Shown one piece after another: positions 30,772-39,897 of a stretch of 64,000 nucleotides of DNA. Under the pieces are notes generated by a model. The model did no database searches, had not been told where the DNA came from, and was given only the letters and a program-made list of their open reading frames with translations. Numbering within the stretch: the first letter of the stretch is position 1; each line of letters begins with the position of its first letter. A program made the translations under genes and the position numbers. Source of the DNA: an uncultured archaeon (GTDB taxonomy: Archaea > Iainarchaeota > Iainarchaeia > Iainarchaeales > 1-14-0-10-31-34); the NCBI GenBank assembly GCA_964608675.1, contig CAZSOZ010000001.1, positions 256,001 through 320,000 on the forward strand, read 5' to 3'.

Positions 30772-31659
30772 TTAATTCAATTCTTTTTCAAGTTTTTCTT
30801 CAATTTTTTCCATTACTTTTTGTTGTATTGGAAGACGCAGTAAAAATGCAGGAACTTTTTGCATTAAATCAGAATACAAGCCAAGCCTTTCTTTTGCTTT
30901 AATTTTCGTGAAATTCAAGGGCCCATAATAATCATTCATAATTAATTTTGCGGTTCCCTCGAATTTTGAGAGTTTTTCTAGCTTTAATTTTTTTGCCTGA
31001 ATTATAAAAAAAACTGCTTTTAATTCAACTGGTTCACTGCTTTTTTTTTCCAGAATAAAAGGAACTGAATTAAAAGGACAGCTTTGAATAAAAAATTTTT
31101 TTCTTTTTTTAAACAAAAAATTGAGGTCTTCTCCTAAAATTAATCCTTGTTCGCACATTCTTGCAGTAGTGGTTTTTCCTGCTGTTGGAGCCCCGCAAAA
31201 AAGATATCCTTTATTTTTTTTTCTTACTGCTGATGAATGAATTAAACCGCATTCAAAATCATTAAAGTAAACTGCAATGCATTTTGAAAGATTGTCAATA
31301 AAAAAATTCCAAAAAAAAGGAGTGTTTGCATGTATTTCAATTTTTCCTTTGTTTTTGTTTAAATCAAGCCATCCAAAAAGATGCTCTTTTCCTTTTTCGC
31401 TTTTTTTTCCCTTGAATTTAATTAAGTTTTTTTTTTCATTAAACAATATTTTTTCATAAAAATTTCTTCTGTTTTTCAGTATTTGTTCATTTAAATCCAA
31501 GTTTCCTTTATAAAAAAAATACTCTAATTTTAAATCAGGTTTTTTGTTTGAAGCAAATTCTTTTTGAAATAAATTAAGGTAGTTTGAAATTTTTTTGTTG
31601 TTTGTTTTAATTGAAACAGTTTTTCCTGCAAAATAAAATTTAGATTCAAGCATTTTCAA
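30772..31659 (-). CDS. HPr kinase-like P-loop kinase (peptide-modifying type)
   Basis: LIHSSAV....GYLFCGAPTAGKTT...LGED and PVELKAVFFI.Q. Confidence 0.8.
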   Translation of the reverse strand: MKMLESKFYFAGKTVSIKTNNKKISNYLNLFQKEFASNKKPDLKLEYFFYKGNLDLNEQILKNRRNFYEKILFNEKKNLIKFKGKKSEKGKEHLFGWLDLNKNKGKIEIHANTPFFWNFFIDNLSKCIAVYFNDFECGLIHSSAVRKKNKGYLFCGAPTAGKTTTARMCEQGLILGEDLNFLFKKRKKFFIQSCPFNSVPFILEKKSSEPVELKAVFFIIQAKKLKLEKLSKFEGTAKLIMNDYYGPLNFTKIKAKERLGLYSDLMQKVPAFLLRLPIQQKVMEKIEEKLEKELN

Positions 31660-31693
31660 TCAACTTAAATATAGAAACTTCTTTAATTTTAAA

Positions 31694-32773
31694 TTAGTTT
31701 ACTATTGAATGCCTTATTTTCCAGAAAAGCGGAAGAATAAATGAAAAAAAAACAACTTTTATTTTTTTCTTTAAGCCGTCTGTCCAATGCAATCTGTTTT
31801 TTGTGTTTTGATAATTATAAAAAAAAGCGTTTTTCTTTTTTATCAGTTTTTTAATTGTTTTTTTCCTTAAATAATTCAGTTTGCGTTTATCTGAAATTTT
31901 TTTTAGTTTTTTTATTCCTTTGATTTCTTTTCCGAATAATTCTTTAAGCAGTTCATTAAAATAAACCAGTTCTTCTACTGCATTATATTTCACTGCTTTT
32001 TCTTTGAGTTTTTTTTCGTTTAATCCTTTTGAATTAATTTCATTTACGTCAACCAAAGATTCAAATATTTTGTTAAATGGATCGTGATAAACACTGCTTA
32101 AAACAGAAATAATTACGTTGTCTTCTTTGCAGGGAATCCTTAAATTATTTATTTTAGTGGAATCTCTCCATATTTCATTTAAGTTTATTTGAAATGAATT
32201 AACCGGAAAAAACAAGCTTTTGTGGGGTTCTGCAATATATGTAAAACCGTTTTCTTTTTTTTTCATTAAAGGATAATGCTGTAAGTTTTCATAAAACCAA
32301 TTAAAAAACACTTTTTTGGTTTTTTTTGATTTTTCCCAGAAGTCTGCTGAATCAGAAAAATATTTTTTTTTCTTTAAAATCCTTTTTGTTTTATTGTAGT
32401 TTTTTTCTTTAATTAAAAAATCAAAGTCTGCTGAAACTCTTAACATTGTTTTGCTGTAAATCGAATAATTCAAAGCAGTTCCTTTTATTGCAATAAAATT
32501 TATTCTTTTTTTTTGGAATTCTTCTGCAAGACAGTCAATTTCTTTTTTATACAAGAAATTTTTTAATAAAATTTTTTTGTTTATTAAATTTAATTCTTTT
32601 GCTGTTTTCGGAGCAAGTTTTTTGTTTATTTTTTTTGAAATAAATCCTGTTATTCTGTGATAAACACATAATTCCAAGAATTTTTTTTGATTAATTCCTT
32701 TATAATCTTTTTTTTTGGTTTTTTCCTGTATTAATTTAATTAACAGTTTTTCTTCTGTTTTCATTTGAATCAT
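31694..32773 (-). CDS. Nucleotidyltransferase family protein (NTP_transf_5-like)
   Basis: HRI, IAIKGTAL...Y....LRVSADFDFLI and E.H. Confidence 0.85.
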   Translation of the reverse strand: MIQMKTEEKLLIKLIQEKTKKKDYKGINQKKFLELCVYHRITGFISKKINKKLAPKTAKELNLINKKILLKNFLYKKEIDCLAEEFQKKRINFIAIKGTALNYSIYSKTMLRVSADFDFLIKEKNYNKTKRILKKKKYFSDSADFWEKSKKTKKVFFNWFYENLQHYPLMKKKENGFTYIAEPHKSLFFPVNSFQINLNEIWRDSTKINNLRIPCKEDNVIISVLSSVYHDPFNKIFESLVDVNEINSKGLNEKKLKEKAVKYNAVEELVYFNELLKELFGKEIKGIKKLKKISDKRKLNYLRKKTIKKLIKKKNAFFYNYQNTKNRLHWTDGLKKKIKVVFFSFILPLFWKIRHSIVN

Positions 32774-32833
32774 TTTTATTATATTTTGGTTCTACTTTAA
32801 ATTAAATAACAAAGAAATAAAAAAAGTGATTTA

Positions 32834-33973
32834 ATGAAAATTTTGTTTGTTTCCCCGTATTTTTTTCCGTTTGTAGGAGGTGCAGAAAATCATCTTCTTA
32901 GAATCTGCAGTGAATTAAAGGAATTAAATCATGAAATAATTGTTTTTACTTCAACTAAAAATTCGCAGTCAAACAAAAAAATGAAAATTATTGTTTCTCC
33001 TCCTTTGTTCACTTATTCTAATACTCCTTTTAATTTTTGGGAAAACCAAATAAATAAAGTGATTGAAGAAGAAAAACCCGATGTTGTTGTCGGCTCTCTT
33101 TCCACTCCATTTATGGCTGATTTTTCTGCAGTAATCACAGAAAAAAAAAGGATTCCTTTTTTTTTAATGTACTATAATGATTTTATTCCAAAAAACTTTT
33201 TTGAAAAAGTTTTTCTTGAATTTTACCGGTTTTTTTTTATGAACAAAACCCTTAATTCAGCAGACAAAATTATTGTTCTTTCTGAGTATTATGCAAAAAA
33301 TTCTTCTGTTTTAAATCCTTTTTCAAAGAAAATTTCTGTGGTTTCTCCTTTTTTGCGTTTAAGGGAATTTAATTCTTTAAATGAATACAAAAAAACTTTT
33401 CCTGAAAACAAAGTGGTTTTGTTTGTCGGCGCATTAAACAAAGGCCAGAATTACAAAGGATTAAATTATTTAATTAAAGCAGTTTCTTTGGTTAAAAAAA
33501 TTTTTCCTGAAATAAAACTGGTTGTAGTTGGAAAAGGAAACAACATGAATTATTTCAGAAAACTGGCAGAAAAAAAAGGAGTTCAGTCAAATGTTTTTTT
33601 TGCCGGAGAAATTTCTCAAAAAAAACTTTTGTCTTTTTATTCTGAATGCAAAACTCTTGTTCTGCCTTCTGTTAATGATTCAGAAGGATTCGGCTTGGTT
33701 TTTTTAGAAGCAATGGCTTTCTCCAAACCTGTAATTGGAACCACTGCAGGAGGAATTCCCGCAATAGTTAAACATAATTTTAATGGTTTTTTAGTTGAAC
33801 CAAAAAACGAAGCAAAATTAAGCAAAGCAATTGAATTCATTTTAGAAAATGAAAAAAAAGAAAAAAAAATGGGGGAAAACGGCTTTAATTATCTGAAAAA
33901 ATTTTCTTCTAAAAAAAGCATTAATAAATTAATTAAATTGTTTGAGAGTGCATTAAATGAAAAAAAACAATAA
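32834..33973 (+). CDS. Glycosyltransferase family 4
   Basis: YFFPFVGGAE, LFVGAL...YKG and EGFGLVFLEAMA..KPVI.T..GG. Confidence 0.93.
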   Translation: MKILFVSPYFFPFVGGAENHLLRICSELKELNHEIIVFTSTKNSQSNKKMKIIVSPPLFTYSNTPFNFWENQINKVIEEEKPDVVVGSLSTPFMADFSAVITEKKRIPFFLMYYNDFIPKNFFEKVFLEFYRFFFMNKTLNSADKIIVLSEYYAKNSSVLNPFSKKISVVSPFLRLREFNSLNEYKKTFPENKVVLFVGALNKGQNYKGLNYLIKAVSLVKKIFPEIKLVVVGKGNNMNYFRKLAEKKGVQSNVFFAGEISQKKLLSFYSECKTLVLPSVNDSEGFGLVFLEAMAFSKPVIGTTAGGIPAIVKHNFNGFLVEPKNEAKLSKAIEFILENEKKEKKMGENGFNYLKKFSSKKSINKLIKLFESALNEKKQ

Positions 33974-35552
33974 AATTTTGATTTTATTAATTTTGTTTTG
34001 TTTGTTTGCAGTTCTTGTTATTCAGTTAACTTCCCCAACCTCTCTTTACAGAGATCCGTGGATGTTCAGGCATTTGGGGGCAGCAGAACTTGTTTTGAAA
34101 ACCGGCAATTATGTTCTTTCTGATGAATTTTTAGTTAAATTCAATTTTTTTGGAGAAGATTTTTTTCTTAACAATAACTGGTTTTTTTATTTTATTCCTG
34201 TTTTATCAGGAGTAATTTTTCATTTTTTGTCAGGCTTGAATATTTATTTTGTTTTTAATTCCTTTTATTTTTTGATTTTAATTCTGGCTTTATCTCATTT
34301 TATTTTGTTTAAAAAAATTTTTGGCCGCAACCGGATTGCTTTGGGGCTGTCTTTAATTTTTGTTTTGTTTCCTTTTGAGCCACTTTACTATAAGATTTCA
34401 GTTCATGGCTGGATTTTTGTAAGAATTTTTTCTGCGATAGCAATGTATTTTTTTGCAAGATTTTTGCAGGATTTTTCATTTAAATCAAAAAACTTTTTGT
34501 TTCTTTTATTTTTTTCTTTTCTGGGAATTTATTCTGACAAAAGCGCTTTTGTTTTAGTTCTGCTTCCAGTTATCTTGTTTTTTCTTTTTTATTTTTTCTT
34601 TGAAAGAAAAAAAGCTTCCAGTAAAACATCTTTGAATTATTTTTTTCTGGTTTTTTTGGTTTTGGTTGTTCTGTCTATTTTTTCTGTTTTTTATCAGCTT
34701 TTCTGGAGTTTTTTAGGAACCCTTTATAATTTCTTAAATTTTAATTTTATTCCTTCTTTTATTAAACCAAGCCTTCCTTTTTCTGAATTTTATTTAGCAA
34801 AAAACTTTTCTTATATTTTAATAAGATACCTTATTCCTTTTTTTGCGGTTTTTTCTCTTATTTTATTGAATTTCAAAAAAATAAAAGAACTTGCTTTAAA
34901 AAACAAAATAATTAAGGCATTTATTTTTTCTCAGGCACTATTTTATTTTTTTGCGGGTTTTTTTTCTTTGTTTTCTTTTGCTTTTGTTTCCAGCAGAGGA
35001 GCTTCAATGCTTTTCTTGTTTTTTTCTTTGCTGGCTTTTTTGGGGTTGTCTCAAATGAAAAAAAGTCTGCTAAAATTTTTTTTGATTTCATTTTTTTTCT
35101 TTTTTGTTTTAATTCTTCCTTTTCTTTATTTTACTCAAACTCCGCAGTTTCAGTATGAACAATTCAACGAAAAGCATGTTTCTTCTTTGGATTGGGTGAA
35201 CGAAAATTTATCTGAAACGGCAATTGTTTATTCAGATGTAAAAATGGCTAAAGCGGTTTCACTGAAAACCAGTTTGTTGGGATTTAACCCTAAATTTGAA
35301 TTTGGTTTTGTTATGGAAAACTATATTATGCCAGTTTATTTTACTGATGACTTAAATAAAGTTTTATTTTCATTTAAAGAAAAAGGAATAACTCATTTGC
35401 TTTTAACAAAGGAAATGAATTCTTTGATGGTTCAGCCTGCAAACGAGTTAATGAAGCCTGCAACTCATCTCAAAAAATTTGATTTTTCTGAAAACTTTAA
35501 CAAAGTTTTTGAAAACAAGCAGGCAGGAATTTACGAAATAAAATACAATTAA
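33957..35552 (+). CDS. Polytopic membrane protein, possibly a GT-C-fold glycosyltransferase
   Basis: About 12 TM segments, DPW..H in the first loop, and a soluble C-terminal domain (LDWV.EN...VYSD...KGITHL...F.KVFEN...IYEI). Confidence 0.6.
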   Translation: MKKNNKILILLILFCLFAVLVIQLTSPTSLYRDPWMFRHLGAAELVLKTGNYVLSDEFLVKFNFFGEDFFLNNNWFFYFIPVLSGVIFHFLSGLNIYFVFNSFYFLILILALSHFILFKKIFGRNRIALGLSLIFVLFPFEPLYYKISVHGWIFVRIFSAIAMYFFARFLQDFSFKSKNFLFLLFFSFLGIYSDKSAFVLVLLPVILFFLFYFFFERKKASSKTSLNYFFLVFLVLVVLSIFSVFYQLFWSFLGTLYNFLNFNFIPSFIKPSLPFSEFYLAKNFSYILIRYLIPFFAVFSLILLNFKKIKELALKNKIIKAFIFSQALFYFFAGFFSLFSFAFVSSRGASMLFLFFSLLAFLGLSQMKKSLLKFFLISFFFFFVLILPFLYFTQTPQFQYEQFNEKHVSSLDWVNENLSETAIVYSDVKMAKAVSLKTSLLGFNPKFEFGFVMENYIMPVYFTDDLNKVLFSFKEKGITHLLLTKEMNSLMVQPANELMKPATHLKKFDFSENFNKVFENKQAGIYEIKYN

Positions 35553-35554
35553 AA

Positions 35555-35671
35555 TTAACAAACATTTTTTTTTGTAATCAAATTTTTTTTGCATACTGCA
35601 AATTCTTCGTCTTTTTTCTTGCATCCGTTTTCAAGTTTACTGCATAATTCTTTTGCTTTTTCTTTACTCAT
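35555..35671 (-). CDS. Small Cys-rich peptide (38 aa) MSKEKAKELCSKLENGCKKKDEEFAVCKKNLITKKNVC
   Basis: Hand-translated ATG 35671 to TAA 35555. Its stop codon lies 2 nt from the stop of the convergent gene. Confidence 0.4.
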   Translation of the reverse strand: MSKEKAKELCSKLENGCKKKDEEFAVCKKNLITKKNVC

Positions 35672-35864
35672 GTGAACCCACATTAGTAAAGTTATTTTCT
35701 TTTTTAAGTCTTTCGGTTAAAAAAAAATTGGTTTGGTTTTCAGAAAAAAATCATCAAAAAAATTCATAAAAACAACAAAGAAATTATGTAAAAGAAGCTT
35801 TTTTTTAAAAAGTTGTTTCAAAAAAAATCAAATAAATTTTTTTGTTATGATTAATTCATTTTTT

Positions 35865-38800
35865 TTACTTTAATCTGACTGCATCTAAATCTCTTATTGC
35901 GTTTGAATTAATTCTGAATTTGTTTGAAACATATCTTGCGAATTCTATTGCAGTGTCTTTTTCTCCGTGGTTTACAATTATTTTTTTGGGTTTTGGATTT
36001 AAATTTCTTATATAGTTTACTAATTGGTTTCTGTCTGAGTGCCCTGAAAACCCTTCAACGGTTTCCACTCTCATGTTAATTGGCAGTTCTCTTGTTTTTC
36101 CATTATCGCTTATTGGAGTTTTTTTTAGTCCTTTTTGTATTCTGTTTCCTAATGATCCTTCTCCCTGATATCCGACAAACACCATTGTGTTTTTTGGGTT
36201 TTCTGCCATTTTTTGAAAGTATTGAACTGAAGGTCCTCCTGTAAGCATTCCTGAAGAAGCAATAATTATTGCTTCTTTTTCTTCTAAAATTTTGTCTCTT
36301 TCTTTTGCGTTTGCTGTCTGAAATAATTCTGAAGTAAAAGGAGAATCATTTTGGAGTACTCTTCTTTGAACTCCTTTTCTTAAGTATTCTGGATAAGCTG
36401 TATGAATTGCGCTTGCTTCTTTTGTCATTCCGTCAACAAACACTTTTCCGTCAAGCATTCCTTTTCTATAATATTCTTCTATTACCAGCATTATTTCTTG
36501 GGCTCTTCCAACAGAAAAAACCGGAATCAAAGTGTTTCCTCCTTTATGCATTGTTTCTTTTAAGATTCTGATTAATTGTTCTTCTGCTTTGTTTCTGTCC
36601 TGCTGTATGTCGTCTTTTCCTCCGTAAGTTGATTCAATAATCAAAGTTTCTAGTCTTGGATAATTAATGTCTACATTATTAAAGAGTCTTGTAAAACCAA
36701 ATTTAATGTCTCCGCTGTATACTAGATTGTGTGCTCCTTCTCCTATATGAAAATGAACTGAAGCACTTCCTAAAATATGTGATGCATTATGTAAAGTTAT
36801 TCTCATGTCAGGAGCAATATCTGTTACTTCTCTGTATTCACGTGTAATGCAGTATTTTAGCATTTCTTTTACGTCTCTTTCTGTGTATGGAGGTTCTTTT
36901 CCTTCTTTAATTAATACATCAATATAATCAAACTGCAGTAATGCCATTAAATCTCTTGTAGGTTTAGTATTATGCAAACAAATTGGAGCATTCCCTCCAA
37001 CAAAATTTTCATCTTCATCTACTGAAAAGTCATAAACATGGCCATTGCTTGCTTCAACTTTCTTTATTTTTGTAATAGGCAAGAAACTTAGATCAGATTC
37101 AGCCAATTTTGACAGGTTTTCTTGAATTGAATATGTGCTTCCCTTGGTGTTTACTATCCACCCTTTATCAATCAACGCTTTTAGTCTTTCTTTTGTAACA
37201 CTTTTCCTTTCTTTGAGTCTGTGATAATACCATTCTTTGTTGAAGTTTGTTTCTTTAAGGGGAATTATTTCAGTCGACTTTTTATCTAGTCTTTTTGTTC
37301 CTCCAAAATCACTTAAGTTCAAGGTTATTCTATGTGCAATATTTTTTGTTTTTGCTGAGACAACATGTCTTGAAAATAAGGTATAATTGATTCCAAGTTG
37401 GGTTAGAACATATGAAATATCAGAAACTAATCTTTCACTTACACTTATAGCGTGTGCAGTTTTGTTTAACAAATTTACTGTTCCGTCTCCCTTAAAATAT
37501 GCATCAACAAATTGCATTTTAAGTTCATTTGATACATTGAAAACTATTTCTGGGACATGTTTACTTGTTGCTTTTTTATATTCTTTGAAAAAGTAGTTTT
37601 TAAACAAATCCCTTACTACTATTGAATTAACTGAAACTGAAATAGTATTTCTATTTTTAACTGCTTCCTTTGCTTCTAGACCGAAAACTGTTTTAATGCA
37701 GTTCTTTAGTTCTTTAACTATTTCTTCTTCTTTTAATCCAAAAGTAAACCTAACAGCCCTTTTTTCAATGTGCCCTTCTGAAGCAAAGTAACCCAAAATT
37801 CTTAAGAGTTCTTTGTTGACCTCTAATACTTGGGGGATGCCTTTGCTTTGTTTTGTTTTAATTTTTCCATTTTTGAATAAATATTTGTTTTCATTCATTT
37901 TTCCCTTTAAGTTAATTAACTTAGTTTCTTGTGTTGGGATTTTTTGAGGCACTACTAATTGGTCACCTTCAGAAAGCTCGTTGACTTTAATTTCTTTTAT
38001 TTTTCCGTTTTTCAATACAAAAACACTGTGGCTTCCTGTCACTTTAACTTTTCTCCCTGTTTTTGCAGTGATTTCAAATAAGTCATCATCAACTGAATGT
38101 CTTATAACTTCTTTTACTTTTTTAAATCTGACTTTATAGTCTTTTTTAGAAAAACAAGGCACTTCAATATTTCTTTCAGGTTTCGCTGCAATAAATTCAT
38201 TGTAAGGTAATTCTTCTTTTTCTTTTGATTCATCAATTATTGAATCAATTACTTTTCCAATTTTTTCAGTTTTAATTACGCCATCTTCTTTAATCATTAC
38301 TTGTTCTTCATAATCTACGCTGCAATAAACAGGCCCTCGATAACCCATTTTAAATAATAATGGAATTAAACCTGAATGATCTAAATGCGCGTGGCTTATT
38401 ACTACTCCATCTAGCTGGTCTAATGGAAACCTTATTGCTTCAAGGTAAGGGTATGGTTGTTCAATATTTGCTACGTCTACTCCCACATCTAATAACACTT
38501 TTGTTTCAGGTGTTTCAATCATTAAACAGCTTTTTCCTACTTCCCTGAATCCACCTAATGCAGTTAATCTAACCCAGCCATTGTTTTTGTTTTTTTCTCT
38601 GTAAATTTTTTTTGCTGTTTCATTTAAAATTTTTTTTCTTTCTGAACTGTATTTATGAAGATGGTGCCTTATTCCTTTGAGTATTTCTGATTCGCTTGTA
38701 GGGCTTCTTAAAATATTAGGCGTCCAGCCTGTCTTTAAAATGATTTCTTTTGATGTTTCTCCGCCTTTTCCTATTACTAATCCGGGTTTTATTGCATCAA

Positions 38801-39104
38801 TTACTACTTCGCTGAAAGCAGGATTAAAGTAAATTTCTTTTATTTCTGCGCTTTCAGGAACCAATTCCTGAATTACTTTTTTTGCATGCATTTCGTCTGA
38901 CAAAAGGCTTTTGTCTGTTCTGATATTTACTCTTTTTTTTAATTCAAATGCAATTTTTGCAACAAAGTTTTCGTTTTCAAAAAAAGCTTTTGGATTTCTT
39001 GTATAAATTGCTACTTCAGGGCCTTCCATTTCAATATTTGTTATTTGAGTTTCTTTTGGAAGGTTTGACTGAATTATTTCTTTTACTTCTTTTAATGCAT
39101 CCAT
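35865..39104 (-). CDS. fttA: Beta-CASP ribonuclease aCPSF1/FttA (KH + MBL + beta-CASP) containing an intein
   Basis: KPGLVIGKGG KH motif, LGGFREVG, SHAHLDH, HILGS, YSGD and FSGHSD. It is next to the proteasome beta gene and is 628 aa after intein removal. Confidence 0.95.
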   Translation of the reverse strand: MDALKEVKEIIQSNLPKETQITNIEMEGPEVAIYTRNPKAFFENENFVAKIAFELKKRVNIRTDKSLLSDEMHAKKVIQELVPESAEIKEIYFNPAFSEVVIDAIKPGLVIGKGGETSKEIILKTGWTPNILRSPTSESEILKGIRHHLHKYSSERKKILNETAKKIYREKNKNNGWVRLTALGGFREVGKSCLMIETPETKVLLDVGVDVANIEQPYPYLEAIRFPLDQLDGVVISHAHLDHSGLIPLLFKMGYRGPVYCSVDYEEQVMIKEDGVIKTEKIGKVIDSIIDESKEKEELPYNEFIAAKPERNIEVPCFSKKDYKVRFKKVKEVIRHSVDDDLFEITAKTGRKVKVTGSHSVFVLKNGKIKEIKVNELSEGDQLVVPQKIPTQETKLINLKGKMNENKYLFKNGKIKTKQSKGIPQVLEVNKELLRILGYFASEGHIEKRAVRFTFGLKEEEIVKELKNCIKTVFGLEAKEAVKNRNTISVSVNSIVVRDLFKNYFFKEYKKATSKHVPEIVFNVSNELKMQFVDAYFKGDGTVNLLNKTAHAISVSERLVSDISYVLTQLGINYTLFSRHVVSAKTKNIAHRITLNLSDFGGTKRLDKKSTEIIPLKETNFNKEWYYHRLKERKSVTKERLKALIDKGWIVNTKGSTYSIQENLSKLAESDLSFLPITKIKKVEASNGHVYDFSVDEDENFVGGNAPICLHNTKPTRDLMALLQFDYIDVLIKEGKEPPYTERDVKEMLKYCITREYREVTDIAPDMRITLHNASHILGSASVHFHIGEGAHNLVYSGDIKFGFTRLFNNVDINYPRLETLIIESTYGGKDDIQQDRNKAEEQLIRILKETMHKGGNTLIPVFSVGRAQEIMLVIEEYYRKGMLDGKVFVDGMTKEASAIHTAYPEYLRKGVQRRVLQNDSPFTSELFQTANAKERDKILEEKEAIIIASSGMLTGGPSVQYFQKMAENPKNTMVFVGYQGEGSLGNRIQKGLKKTPISDNGKTRELPINMRVETVEGFSGHSDRNQLVNYIRNLNPKPKKIIVNHGEKDTAIEFARYVSNKFRINSNAIRDLDAVRLK
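36969..38321 (-). mobile_element. Intein (451 aa) with a LAGLIDADG homing endonuclease
   Basis: Splits the conserved GPVYC/TKPTRDL. It starts SVDYEE and has block B VTGSHSVF, endonuclease motifs LGYFASEG and FVDAYFKGDG, block F VYDFSV, and ends LHN before Thr(+1). Confidence 0.95.
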
Positions 39105-39180
39105 TAGTTCACTCTCTCTTTTTTTAAGTTAATCTTTTTATATTTAAGAAAAAAAAATTCAAAACCAAGTTTTTTTTTAT

Positions 39181-39783
39181 TTAATCCTGTTGTATTTCTC
39201 TTGTTCCGTTTTTGTCTATAATCATTATTTTTACTGAAATTCCACCGGAATAAAGGTCTCTTTTTTTTGAGGCTTTAACTGCTTTTAATGCTAATTCAAT
39301 TCCTTGTTCTGTTGAAATGTTTTCAGCATAATTTTGGTCTAAAACACTCATTGCAAGTTCTGTTCCAGAACCAGTGACTGCAAACCTTTTTTTTTCAAGA
39401 AGGCCTCCGGAAGGATCAATATCAAATAATTCAGGTTTATTGTTTATTCCTCCTACTACAAACTGCACAAGGAAAGGATAAAACCTGTTTGAATTCAAAA
39501 TGTTTGAAGCAAATGTTGCAATTGCTTTCGGAGTAATTTTTGTTTCTCTTTCTATTTCAAATAATTTTGCATGGCTTCTCAGAAACCTAACTAAAGTTAA
39601 TGCGTCTCCGACTGAACCCGCAATAGTTACTGCAACATTATCGCTTATTTTGTATATTTTCTGGACTTCTTCATCGTAAGCTAAATGCCCCATTGAAGCT
39701 CTCATGTCTGCTGCCAGTACAACAGAATCTTTTGTAACCAAGCCTACAGTTGTAGTACCAGTTTTAAGTTTTTTGTCTTCCAA
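39181..39783 (-). CDS. psmB: Proteasome subunit beta
   Basis: KTG/TTTVG propeptide cleavage site, AAD.RAS, GSG and RD.YSG. A GGTGA RBS precedes TTG at 39783. Confidence 0.96.
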   Translation of the reverse strand: MEDKKLKTGTTTVGLVTKDSVVLAADMRASMGHLAYDEEVQKIYKISDNVAVTIAGSVGDALTLVRFLRSHAKLFEIERETKITPKAIATFASNILNSNRFYPFLVQFVVGGINNKPELFDIDPSGGLLEKKRFAVTGSGTELAMSVLDQNYAENISTEQGIELALKAVKASKKRDLYSGGISVKIMIIDKNGTREIQQD

Positions 39784-39897
39784 AAAAAAATCACCACAAT
39801 TAGTCAAGTGCGCCTATATTTAATGTTTTACTAACTATTTAAAAACTTAATTAACTAAACCGCAAACATTAAAAATAAAAAAAGACTAAATGCTGTT

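Noticed and set aside
27820-32773. Lasso peptide cluster
   Set aside because: There is no asparagine-synthetase-like cyclase or B2 protease in the cluster, and the candidate core lacks the lasso ring pattern.
35700-35864. Structured RNA downstream of aCPSF1 (and at 43610-43700)
   Set aside because: Only weak A/T homopolymer pairings, which are expected by chance at this composition.
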